Source: a virus
Direction: 5' to 3' (one strand)
IMG/VR virus record: IMGVR_UViG_3300040786_000047
Length of the DNA stretch: 64,000 bases
Shown here: piece after piece, positions 35,283 through 46,047 of the stretch
How the letters are laid out: each line of letters starts with the position of its first letter
Position numbering within the stretch: position 1 is the first letter of the stretch
The notes under the pieces: model-generated
What the model saw: the letters and a program-made list of their open reading frames with translations, nothing else
Told to the model about the DNA's origin: nothing
Database searches by the model: none
Position numbers and translations under genes: made by a program

Positions 35283-35873
35283 ATGAGAAAAAATACTTAT
35301 ATTTATAATATCACTAATACACAAATATTATCTAATAATCGAGTTAAAATGATAATTATCACAATTGGTTTGCTTTTTTTATATCAGGTAATGTCGATAG
35401 CGAATCAATAATTAGTCAAAAGTAGCAGGTGAATTCAAATCAGGTAGTGAACATGTTTATTTTATAAATCAGAATCTTCTTATAAAACTATAGAATCTAA
35501 AGATGTAGTAAAATATCTAAAGATGGTAGTACTATAGAATATAATGAATATAATGCGCTTTATGTTTTAATTTCAGCAACATACTTTATTTCAGCACTTT
35601 GATATTACTTGGTTTTATTTTTAATGATGAGACATGGAATGGGATGCCTTGGAATGCTGGAAATAGCATTCACTACATTAATACGATGCGAAATACAAGA
35701 TGGTAAGTACTACTATACTTATATTTGATAGATTACTTTTTAAGTGATCATGTAATAAGTCGTAAAATCTCTCAGATTATTTCTCAACAAATAAATTTGA
35801 GCAAATAAATAACCTTCTAAATTTGAAACAAAATCAAAAGAGAGAATCACTTATAAATAGATTAGGACTTTAG
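35283..35873 (+). CDS. Membrane protein ending in KRESLINRLGL tail (frameshifted)
   Basis: Two hydrophobic segments; C-terminal CAA AAG AGA GAA TCA CTT ATA AAT AGA TTA GGA CTT TAG. Confidence 0.5.
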
Positions 35874-36548
35874 TTTCGTTCTAAGTTGAAAGTAATATTA
35901 ACTTGATTTCCTTCTCCAATAGGAACATTCTCTATATATATAATACCATAGTCATAATTTATTGTGTTGATAACTTTATTAAATGCATCTTCTGATATCT
36001 CTATAAGGCTTCTGTCGTATGGATATAGAGTATCTTCTGATATAGTATGAAATCCATTAGTCTTATCAAAATTTATTATAACTCCATAAAAAATTCATTA
36101 TCTATGCCTTTTTTTCTTATTTCATTATATTTATACAATTCAACTGAAAAAATATTATTCTCCAAAGATTCTTTTCATTTCGGTAATTATCATGTGCTAC
36201 GCTTCTAATACCATCTAAATAACGTATTTCACCTAACTCGAACCGCTCGTCGAATAATTCAACAAGACATCCTTTAATCATATCATCTTTATCTTGTGTT
36301 GATTCTTCTATCTTATTTGTTTTTACTGGTTTTAGGTCTCTTAAATCACTAACCTTTGACGGATCACCTTTCTTTCTCTTTTTTAGACTTTGTATCTAAT
36401 ACAACTCCTATATCACCACTTCCTTCTGTTCCAGTGTTACCTGCGATGCTCCCGCTTGTGATGAAACTACTGCACCCATTCCAGATGTATTAGATGCATT
36501 TGCTGTTGCGTCTTCGTAAAACTTTTAAAACTTTTTTAAGTGTACCAT
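35870..36548 (-). CDS. CTS-like N-terminus protein (frameshifted)
   Basis: MVHLKKF..FYEDATANASNTSGMGAVVSSQAG. Confidence 0.55.
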
Positions 36549-36652
36549 TTTATTTATTATTTATAATCTATATATATTAAAACTTAATTATTATAAACTA
36601 TTCATTGATAGAAAGTTAATAATTAATTTTTATATATAAAATAAAATTAATT

Positions 36653-37245
36653 ATGAAACTAGAAAAATTAAAAGGACATATACCGGATGTTGTTTTGATA
36701 CAAATTCTGGTGTAATCGCTAAGTTTAATGCAAATACTCCATTAAGACTTGCACATTTTTATCACAGTGTAGTCATGAATCAGGTGAGTTTAAGTTTATT
36801 AAAGAAAACCTTAACTATTCGGCTGATGGATTAAAGAAGACCTTTGGAAAGTATTTCCCAGGAACTTTAAATACACAGTATGCACGTAAACCTGAAAAAA
36901 TTGCAGCAAGAGTATATGCTGATAGAATGGGAAATGGATCAGAAGCTACAAACGATGGATTTAAGTTTAGAGGAAGAGGTTATATACAATTAACAGGTAA
37001 GTCAAACTATACTAACTTTAGTAAGTTTATAGGAGAAGATTGTGTTGCAAATCAGATTTAGTTGCAATTAAATATCCACTTGCATCTGCTGCATTTTCTT
37101 TGACTCAAACAAACTTTGGTCGATATGTGATAAAGGGTCTGATGTTGCTTCTATTACTGCGGTTACTAAGCGTGTGAATGGCGGGACTAACGGACTAGCT
37201 GATAGAATTAAACACTTTAATGAGTATTACAACTTACTTAAATAA
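36653..37245 (+). CDS. GH19 (chitinase-like) endolysin (frameshifted)
   Basis: RLAHF(L)SQCSHESG, ENLNYS, YADRMGNG, DGFKFRGRGYIQLTGKSNY, TKRVNGGTNGLADR. Confidence 0.95.
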
Positions 37246-37306
37246 AAAAAGTAATTTTTTACACTTTAATATATAATATATAATAAAAAAGAAATAATTA
37301 AAAACT

Positions 37307-37630
37307 ATGAAACATTTAAAAACATTTGAAAATTTCTCTGTTCTAGAAGGAAAATTTAAAAAATTCTTTACTGACATTCATCATCAGAGGAAAAGACCAA
37401 GCAAGAGTAAATTCTTTAGCGAATTAGAAGACTTTGAAAAGAAATCAAATAATGATTCTAACATTTCTTTTAATAGAGAATTTTAGAAGAAAAGCGAAAG
37501 AAAACAACTATAAAGGTGGTTTAGAGGCTAGAACAAGTGCTAAAGACGGTAAAGTATATATTATATACAAAAAGGTGTTACAGGTCTAGAAGACTTAGCA
37601 TCAAGTGCACATTGCAGGTGATGCTTACTA
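37307..37630 (+). CDS. CTS-like N-terminus small protein (frameshifted)
   Basis: MKHLKTFENFSVLEG; TAATATATA upstream. Confidence 0.6.
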
Positions 37631-37675
37631 GTAAAAGTATTTTTATGCTGGTATAAATTCTACATCAAATTCATC

Positions 37676-37703
37676 AAAAGCCACCAAATCCGGTGGTTTT
37701 TTT
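37676..37703. terminator. Bidirectional intrinsic terminator
   Basis: AAAAGCCACC-AAATCC-GGTGGTTTTTTT. Confidence 0.8.
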
Positions 37704-38087
37704 GATTCTAATATCATGTAATCAATATTATCTAAACAGTTAATACCATTTATTAATATTTTATCTAAGATATTATCAATTGTAGTATAATCTATTCGAA
37801 TCTTTCGAAAATATCATATTCTACATTAGGATAAACCATGCCGTTTATAATATTTTCAGTAATATCCTCTTTTATAACTTTAAAGTATTTTCAAAAATAT
37901 TTACTATATCAAATACTTTACTTTCTATCATTGTTAGAAAAAAATATCATCATTATCACTTACTTCTATTCTATTTAAATCATTTGGATGAATTGATACC
38001 TCAATTCATTAAAAACAGGATGTGTATAGTTTTATAACTATCAACATTGCAATCTATTATACTTAATAGATACATCTTCTGTGACAT
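37700..38087 (-). CDS. Hypothetical protein with C-terminal DUF6576-like motif (frameshifted)
   Basis: Ends ..TIDNILDKILINGI..LDNIDYMILES. Confidence 0.45.
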
Positions 38088-38136
38088 AATATATTTTTAT
38101 AGGTTATATTCTAACCAATGGGTTTGATTAGAAATG

Positions 38137-38144
38137 CAAATATA
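38137..38144 (-). promoter_or_regulatory. Bacteroidota-type -7 element
   Basis: TATATTTG(CA) upstream of the 37700-38087 gene. Confidence 0.65.
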
Positions 38145-38169
38145 CAAAATATTTTAGTTTATAAAAATA

Positions 38170-38478
38170 ATTGTGTTAAAGTTTAAACTATTTTGAATAG
38201 TTTGGTTTTCTATCACTTCCATCACTTCCCTCTTTCAGTTTTTCTTTTCTAGCAACGGATGCTTTCTTTTCTTTGATGACATCTTACCAGCCACTAGCCT
38301 TTCTACACTTTGGTACCCACCTTTATCTGCATCGGACCTTCCGCAAGGTGGATGTGAGCCATCTGCGTTAGTTTTGATATATCAACCCATTTTTCGAACC
38401 ATTTATCAAGACCACCTTTGTGTCACTATATGGTTTTTTCTTCTAGTAAGAATTCTTCAAAAGTAATATATGTTCCAT
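38170..38478 (-). CDS. Basic CTS-like protein with GGLxKWF..GxHPPCGRS..YPKCR domain (frameshifted)
   Basis: MEHI.TFEEFLLEE; GGLDKWF..VDISKTNADGSHPPCGRSDADKGGYPKCRKA. Confidence 0.7.
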
Positions 38479-38678
38479 TATTTCTTATCTTTTTTTCTTC
38501 TTCCATTTACCACCTTTACTTTATATCTTTGCGGTGCACCAACTGCATATGCAGAAGGCCAAACATCATACTTTGACTTAGCCCAGGTTTTACAGGTGTT
38601 CCATAACGCTACATCTTTAGGTACATTCTTCTCAAGTGTAAGAACTCCAAAATCTTCGAAAATTAGTAAATGATTCAT
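38478..38678 (-). CDS. Small basic CTS-like protein, DUF5872-like
   Basis: MNHLLIFEDF..KTWAKSKYDVWPSAYAVG..YK. Confidence 0.7.
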   Translation of the reverse strand: MNHLLIFEDFGVLTLEKNVPKDVALWNTCKTWAKSKYDVWPSAYAVGAPQRYKVKVVNGRRKKDKK

Positions 38679-38744
38679 AACTTATATTTTATTTTATAAA
38701 CTTTACTTATATATTATTTTAATTTATTCACTTTATGTAAAATT

Positions 38745-38772
38745 AAACTTTTAGTCAATTTTAATTTATATA
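38745..38772 (+). promoter_or_regulatory. Putative phage middle promoter for DNA polymerase
   Basis: AAACT-N17-TATATA. Confidence 0.55.
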
Positions 38773-38789
38773 TAAAAAACAATAAATTA

Positions 38790-40297
38790 ATGCTAGTAGA
38801 AACACAATATTTAACCAATACAAAGAAATTAGTAGTTAGTTATGTTGATAAGAGTGGTGACATAAAACTAAAATACTACGACTGGGACAATCAATGAAGT
38901 ATATTGCTTGTGATGATACCGATGTTCAAAAGCATCCAAATTTAAATCTTGGGATAATAAGTCAGTTAAACAAATTGAAGTAAATCATCCTGATAGATAT
39001 GCGATATATGAATTTCTTGACTCTTGCCACAGAAAGAAAAAGATGAGATATTTGAATTTAACCTACCTAAAATATTCTTTATAGATATTGAGACTGAAAT
39101 TGTAGATGGATTTCCAGAAGCATCAGATGTTAAAGATAAAGATGGTAACGTTATAAAGGAAGGAGCTTCAACACAAGTTCTTTCTATTTCTATTGTTTAT
39201 GATGATAAGATAATTCTTTAGGTTTAAAAGATATGCCTGATGATATGCAAGAACGAATTAGAAGTAATACTAATAAGTATTTCGAGAAGTTTGGCTCTGA
39301 TTATAAATTCAAGTATGTAAAGTATGACGACGAGTTTGATATGCTTTATGCTTTCTTCTATAAGATGATACCTAAAATGCCTATATTAACAGGATGGAAC
39401 TTTTGAACTATGACTGGGCCTTCTTAGTTAACAGATCAAGAAAGTTAACAAAATGGATTAACGGAAAAGAACGAATAATAGATCCTGCGGTATCCTCTTT
39501 AACTAAAAAGATAAACAAAATGTGGGGAACTGAATATGAAGTTCCTGCACACAGAATGATTTTGACTATATGCAATTATATGAGATATGTGATACTTCTA
39601 TTAAGGTAAAAGAATCATCATCATTAGACTTTGTTTCGAGTAAATTAGTTGGAGTTGATAAAATAAAATATACCGGATCCTTACAAAGTTATATGAAGAT
39701 GACTTTGAGACGTTTATGTACTATAATGCGGTCGATTCTGTTCTTGTTCAGAAGATTCATGAGTCAAGAAACTATATATCAATAATTTATGCAATTTCAT
39801 CACTTTCGCAAATAAGAATAGTCGATGTAGTATCACAGATGAATGGTGCTTAGCATCTTTGGCAATTACTGAGGGTGTTTTAAGAAATAGATTCCGTGAA
39901 ATGGATAACATTGTTCTTTTAGAGATGAGAAAGGTGATGCGGATTCCACAATTGCTGGTGGTTGGGTAAAAGATCCTATCGTAGGTATGAATAGGTGGGT
40001 TGCTGTATATGACTTTGCATCACTATACCAACAACACAGTTACAATTTTATTGCACCAGAAACGTTTATTGGCGTTGAAGATACTAAGAATAAAGGTTTC
40101 TGTACCAATGGGAGAGAGATTGATATATCAAAGCATGTTTATGTGTGAATGGAGTTGTCTTTGAGAAAGAATATCACCAACATTGAGAATGTTGGAAGAT
40201 GTTTATGCCGATAGAAAGAAAACAAAAGATAATGATGAATAAGAAAGACGAGTTAAAAGTTATGGATGAAATAAAAGAATTAGAATCTATATTATGA
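38790..40297 (+). CDS. Family B DNA polymerase, N-terminal subunit (exonuclease plus motif A; split gp43A-like) (frameshifted)
   Basis: ExoI FIDIETE, ExoII GWN(F)LNYD, ExoIII YNAVDS, GGWVKDP, motif A YDFASLYPT; stops after DRKKNKK with no motif B or YGDTDS. Confidence 0.88.
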
Positions 40298-40542
40298 TAG
40301 AGATAGACAGATTAGAGTGTATAATAACACAATATTCACCTTATTTTAAGGTAGATTTTTCGATAGATGAATTAACAATGTCCCTTAATAATATTTAAAC
40401 CATTGAATAGTGATTTAGTATATAGGTATAAATATAAATACTCTGTTACAAACGTTGATAAGATTGATGAGTTGCGAAAACAAATAGATGCTGATTTGAG
40501 TAGCATAATAAGATATAAATATAGATAAAATTATAAAATAAA

Positions 40543-42172
40543 ATGAGTTTAAAGAAAGACCTATTAAAATACAAACCTAGGAAAGAACAACAGGATGCAC
40601 TTGATTTTATTGATGGTGAGTATAAAAGAAATCCGATGAATAAGTTTTTCCTTTAAACTTACCTACCGGAGTTGGAAAAGTTATTTAGCATTAATGATTG
40701 CTGATTGGTATCGTAAAATGCAAATAGAATGGCTAGAGTTGATGTTATTACAAACTCTAAAATACTTCAAGATCAATATTCAAGTACATTTGAATCTATT
40801 AATGATTTAAAAGGTAAAGATAATTATGAGTGCGAGTCTTACTCTTGCTCATGCGCACAAGGATCTGAATTTAGTAGGTTGAATAAAACTATATGTGAAT
40901 CTTGTCCTTATACCAGTGCAAGAGAATCATTCATAAGTGGAGGTGTATCATTAACTAACTTTTATCTTTATATATTATATGCATTATATAATCCTAAACT
41001 ATTAGAAACAAGAGATGCTAGGGTTCTATTGTAGATGAGTGTCATGAATTTGATGATGTTATGAGTAACTTTATATCAATAAAGATAACTGAGGGTGTTA
41101 TTAAGAGTTCAAGTTCTCAAATGAGAAAGATATGATTAGTAGACTAAAAGCAGTAAGTGGTATAATCGATTATGTAGAGTTTCTAAGATATATGAATCAC
41201 GAAATTGCTACTACGATGGAGCAAATGGAAAAGGGTATGCATTCTGAACCAAGAGCCGCAAAAGTAGATAGTAGAGATTTGAAAATATCGAAAGTGTTAA
41301 ATGTTAAAAACAAAGATGTTAAGGTAATGTTACTTATAACAGAATTGAAACAGTATCAGTTAAAGATTGAGATATTTCTAAGTGAGTATAAGAGTAATCC
41401 TGATAACTGGGTATTAGAGAGACAATATAATGAAAAACTAAGACAGAAAGAACTATCATTAGAACCAATTTGGGCAGATGATTATTTAGATAAATATGTT
41501 TTTAGCAAATACGATATGGTCTTCTTAATGTCAGGTACAATATTAGATAAGAGTTTGTTTTGTCAGTTAAATGGATTGGATCCTGATAAAGCCGTTTATT
41601 ATGATGTAGAATCTCCTTTCCCATTGAAAACAGACCTATATTTTATATGCCAATTGGTAAAATGTCTTTTAAAATAAAGAAGATACTTTTCAAAAGTACA
41701 TTCCATATCTAAAAAGATACTAAGTGATAGTGATAAGGTATTATACACACCAATTCATTTGAACTTTCGAACTGGATACAAAGGTCAGTTAAAGATAAAA
41801 GACTTGCATTTCACGACTCTTCTAATAAAGATGAAGTATTAAAATGCATGTTGATTCAAAACATCCTACTGTATTAGTTAGTCCAAGTATGGATACCGGT
41901 GTTAGTTTAGATGATGACCTCGCAAGGTTTCAAGTAATTACAAAATACCATATCCATCACTCGCATCTCAGAAAAATAAAATGAGACAAAGTAATAATCC
42001 TGATTGGTATGCTTGGAAAACAGTTGGTGGTATTATACAAGCCGCTGGTAGAGGTATAAGAAGTAATAAAGATTATGCCGATACTATTATCATAGATGGT
42101 TCATTTGGTGATGTTATAAGACATAGTTCTAAGTTCTTACCTAAATGGTTTCAAGATTCTATTAAAGAGTAA
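40543..42172 (+). CDS. DinG/YoaA-like SF2 helicase with Cys cluster (frameshifted)
   Basis: PRKEQ Q-motif, LPTGVGKS, LKGKDNYEC..CSC..CESCPY, DECH, LMSGT, IIQAAGRGIRS..D..DTIIID. Confidence 0.9.
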
Positions 42173-42185
42173 ATATTAAGTAAAT

Positions 42186-42218
42186 AAAAAAAATCCCTCA
42201 AATTGAGGGATTTTTTTT
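42186..42218. terminator. Bidirectional intrinsic terminator
   Basis: AAAAAAAATCCCTCAA-A-TTGAGGGATTTTTTTT. Confidence 0.9.
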
Positions 42219-42224
42219 ATTACT

Positions 42225-42818
42225 AATATTTAATATGTTTCATATTACTTTTGTTTTTTTAAAATTGCAGCTTGTAAACCTGCTGGAAGTTTCTTTTGTT
42301 TAGCAGTTAAACCTTTTGCACCTTTAACTTCTTTCTCATCTTTCTTTTCGTCCTTATCATCTTCTTTAGGAGCCTTCTTACCCATCTTTTCAAGATACCT
42401 GCTTGAAGTGCTGCTGGAAGTTTCTTTTGAGCCGCAGTTAAACCTTTAACTTCTTTCTCATCTTTCTTATCTTCTAGTATCTTCAGCTTTGCTATCTTTC
42501 TTACCTTTTGACTTTTGCTTGTCTAAATAAGCTTTGAATCCAGGATTCATTTTTTTTTTTCAACGATTTCTTCATCACCCCATCTTTTTATGCGGTTCAT
42601 TTTATTCTCATCTTCTTCGTCTATTTCTTCTCCATCTTCATCATATTCGTCAACTTCATCCTCATCTTCAATTTCATTTGCAAAATCATCATCTTCGCCT
42701 AAAGAATTTTCGTACTCATCTTCATCCTCATCTTTATTATAAGGGTTAGTTGGTTCTCATCTTCTTCATCTTCAAATCTACCAAAGTCATAGCTCTCAAA
42801 ATTCTTTAAATACTTCAT
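42225..42818 (-). CDS. CTS-like protein with acidic N-half and basic C-half carrying a duplicated motif (frameshifted)
   Basis: MKYLKNFESY; D/E tract; KGLTAAQKKLPAALQAGILKK and KGLTAKQKKLPAGLQAAILKK repeats. Confidence 0.7.
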
Positions 42819-42903
42819 GTTAATAATCTTTTATTATATATTAAATTTTATTTATACTTTTTTTTTTTTTAATAAAAGTATATCAATATTTAATATATAA
42901 AAT

Positions 42904-43620
42904 ATGAAAATACAAAAATTTGAAGAGCACTCACTTTATGATTCTATGTCATTAGATTTCATAGAAGGATTTGACCGAATAATAAAAGAGTCAAATGAAG
43001 TAAACTATAATAAAATACAGAACAAAGTAATAACCGATTTAAAACTAAATACCGAACTAGTTCTTACGTTCGGTACAGGAATAGTACATTTTATCCTATT
43101 GTTTATCAACTAATGGAAAGATGAAGATAGATTCTATTGAACTAACATATGATAAAGTGGTTTTATTAACTATATGTGCAATAACTATTATTTATATAGA
43201 AGAAAAGAAGTTTACTAGTGCAATTGAAGAAGATATTTTACGTAAAGATTCTAAATCAATGTTAGAAGAATTGAAACTTATGGGTATTGTAATGGAATTG
43301 TTAAAAAACTAATAAGAATATTTAAATCAATAACTTCTATATTTAAATTAATAGGTAAGCATGTTGGTTCTATTGTCGGTGGATTTATGGATATGTTCGC
43401 ATATACTGCAATGTTAATACCTATAATGAATGGTATATTATATGTCATTGGAAAGTATGACTTAAATTTTGATAATTTTATAAAAAACTTTATAGGTTTA
43501 TCCATAGGAGTTGGTACTATAATTACAAAGCATGGCATTTCTATGATACTTAATAAATTAAAATCCAATAATAAAATAGGAGCTCAAAGGTTAAACAGAT
43601 AATTGATGAAATTGATACAT
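42904..43620 (+). CDS. Multi-pass membrane protein with CTS-like N-terminus (frameshifted)
   Basis: MKIQKFEEH; hydrophobic segments in ORFs 42904, 43121 and 43387. Confidence 0.55.
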
Positions 43621-43752
43621 CAGTTATACACAAAGTATCCGACTATAACAGCGGTGGTGAGATGATTACCGAACAATAAATAAACTACACTATAATTTTA
43701 AAACTTAAACTCATGTTTTTTTATATAAAGTAAATAAATAAATAAAATATAG

Positions 43753-45072
43753 ATGAGTCCACAGTTAGAAAAAGTGTTTTTAATTACGTATTAAACAATA
43801 AGAAATTTTTTGATGTAGTTAAGACATTCTTTTTAGAAACTCAGAGATACAATTTGTATATGGAGTTTTAAGAGAATATATGTTGGTCAATTCAAGTTCA
43901 CAACCACCATCTCCCAGACAAATTTTAGATATGGTGTCTCTTGAAGATAGAGAAGGTGTAATTACAAAGGAAATATTAAAATCAATTTTACAAGTAGACC
44001 TTAAAGAGTTTTGATGAAAAGAATTTTATCGAACCTAAGTTTAATGCTTGGGTACTATCAAACAGATTAAAAGCAGGAACAATTGACATTATAGATGAAA
44101 CTAGAAATCTTGATGCAATCTCTGATTTTGATAAAGCAGTTGAGGCAGCAAATAGGATTAAGGGTATAGTTGATGAAATGTCTTCAACTAATTTTGTACA
44201 AGATGATGATATGGGATCTGATTTTGATGATGCCGAGGACCACGTACAAGATAGTTCAAAATATAAAGTTAAGTGTGGTTTTGAAACAATTGACCATATG
44301 TTAAGTGGTGGTTGGGATATCTCTACATTAAATGTAATTATGGCACAAACTAATGGTGGTAAATCATTATGGATGCAAAACTTTGCAGTTAGGTCCGCAA
44401 ATATGGGACACAACGTTCTTTATATAACACTTGAGATGAGTGAGAGAAAAGTTATGAAAAGACTAGGCGCAATGCGTCTAAAGATACCTATAAATGACTA
44501 TGACAATCAGTCGAAGGATATAGATATGAAAAAAACAAAGATTCGTAACCTGAGTAAAGCAGAAGGTGGTGATATTTTTGAAAAGAAAGTTGGTAAAATC
44601 ATAACTAAGTTTTAGCAGGTACCGCAACTGTTAATGACTTCGATAACTATATCCAAAAGTTAAAAGAGAAAAGAGATATAAAAATAGATTTAATAATTGT
44701 TGATTACATAACTCTTGTTGCTACCAATAAAGGAGCAATGGCTGATAACCTTATACAAAGGGTAAAAGTCTTTCAGAAGCACTTAGAGCCATGGGTGCTA
44801 AATATAAATGTCCTGTTATAACTGGTGTTCAAGTTGCAAAGATGCTTGGAATGCATCTGATATAACCTTAGAGAGTGTTCCAGAATCTAAAGCTATTGCT
44901 GAGACAAGTGATACTTTCTTCTGTATAATAAGAACAGAAGAGATGAAACGACAAAACCTATTTAGGTTCAAACTTTTAAAACAAAGAGATGGTGACTTCA
45001 AGGTCACAGATCAGAATTAACTTGAATCCTATATATTTGACATTAGAAGAAGACCAATTTATTGATGGATAA
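43753..45072 (+). CDS. Replicative helicase, T4 gp41/DnaB-like (frameshifted)
   Basis: GFETIDHMLSGG, Walker A AQTNGGKS, YITLEMSE, IIVDYI, ESKAIAETSD, LKQRDG. Confidence 0.92.
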
Positions 45073-45131
45073 GTACTATTAAAGATAAACAAAATATCAT
45101 TTTGTTATATAAAAAAGAAAAGAAAATCCCA

Positions 45132-45790
45132 ATGGAAATAAAAGAAATAGATGATGATGACAAATTTGATGAGAATGAAATGATGAAAATAGACTATGGT
45201 GATGATGATATGATGATGATGACTGATGATGACTCAGATGACTCTGATGACTCACGATGACTCAGATAAGAACTCTGAAAACAAATCAGATGATGTAGAA
45301 AATATTATACTATCTAAACATAAAGTAGAAGGTAAACACTCTTTGAAGTATGATTCTATATTTAAAGGTAAGAAAGATGAAATCATAGAAGATGATGATT
45401 GTTCTGATTGCTTTTCTGATATTATAAAGATTCAATAGAAGTTGATAAGTCATCAAACTACCACTTTGAGTCAATTGACAATGAAATGTATGTCAGAAAT
45501 AAATTAGTCAAAGAAAGAGTGTATGTCATATTAGGCGAACATACTAGCATAAGCTTCTTAAATAATCGAAGAAAGCCTTCAAGAGTAGACTTCAATAATT
45601 ATTATGCCTTATTAAAATTACATCTTAAAGAGGAAAGTTTTACAAATACTGAACTCTTTAATGAGTTATCTGTATATTTTCAGATAACCTATTTAATATG
45701 TTCAAACTATTGGATAACAAATGGCGTAATTTGATTATCGATGAATTACAAGACCATATTGGTAAGAACTTTAATTCCAAAGATATCACG
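45132..45790 (+). CDS. Hypothetical protein with Asp-rich N-terminus (frameshifted)
   Basis: GATGAC(TCA) repeats encode a DDS tract; joins ORFs 45226 and 45486. Confidence 0.55.
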
Positions 45791-45995
45791 AATAGAAATA
45801 TTCATGAAGGAACGGAAGTTGAATTTTTATGATGGATGATTTAATAGAAGAAGAAAAATAATAACAGGTGTCGTTTTAGAAGTTGACTATACCAATAGTA
45901 CTTTTAAAGTAGATTCATATGAAAATATCTATGAGTTAAGAATAACCGATATAACAAAGATTTTAAATAATACAAAATTTAAATATAATTTGAAT

Positions 45996-46023
45996 AAACT
46001 TAATAATATAGATTTTCTATAAA
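45996..46023 (+). promoter_or_regulatory. Putative phage middle promoter for nrdA
   Basis: AAACT-N17-TATAAA. Confidence 0.6.
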
Positions 46024-46047
46024 TCTAATAAAAAAAAACTAAAATTA

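Noticed and set aside
42255-42460. Direct repeats as a CRISPR array or DGR template/variable pair
   Set aside because: Only two copies, inside a coding region, with differences not confined to adenines. No reverse transcriptase in the window.
45190-45275. GATGAC(TCA/TCT) tandem repeats as a CRISPR array or VNTR
   Set aside because: Short in-frame 9-mers encoding an Asp/Ser tract, with no unique spacers and no cas genes.
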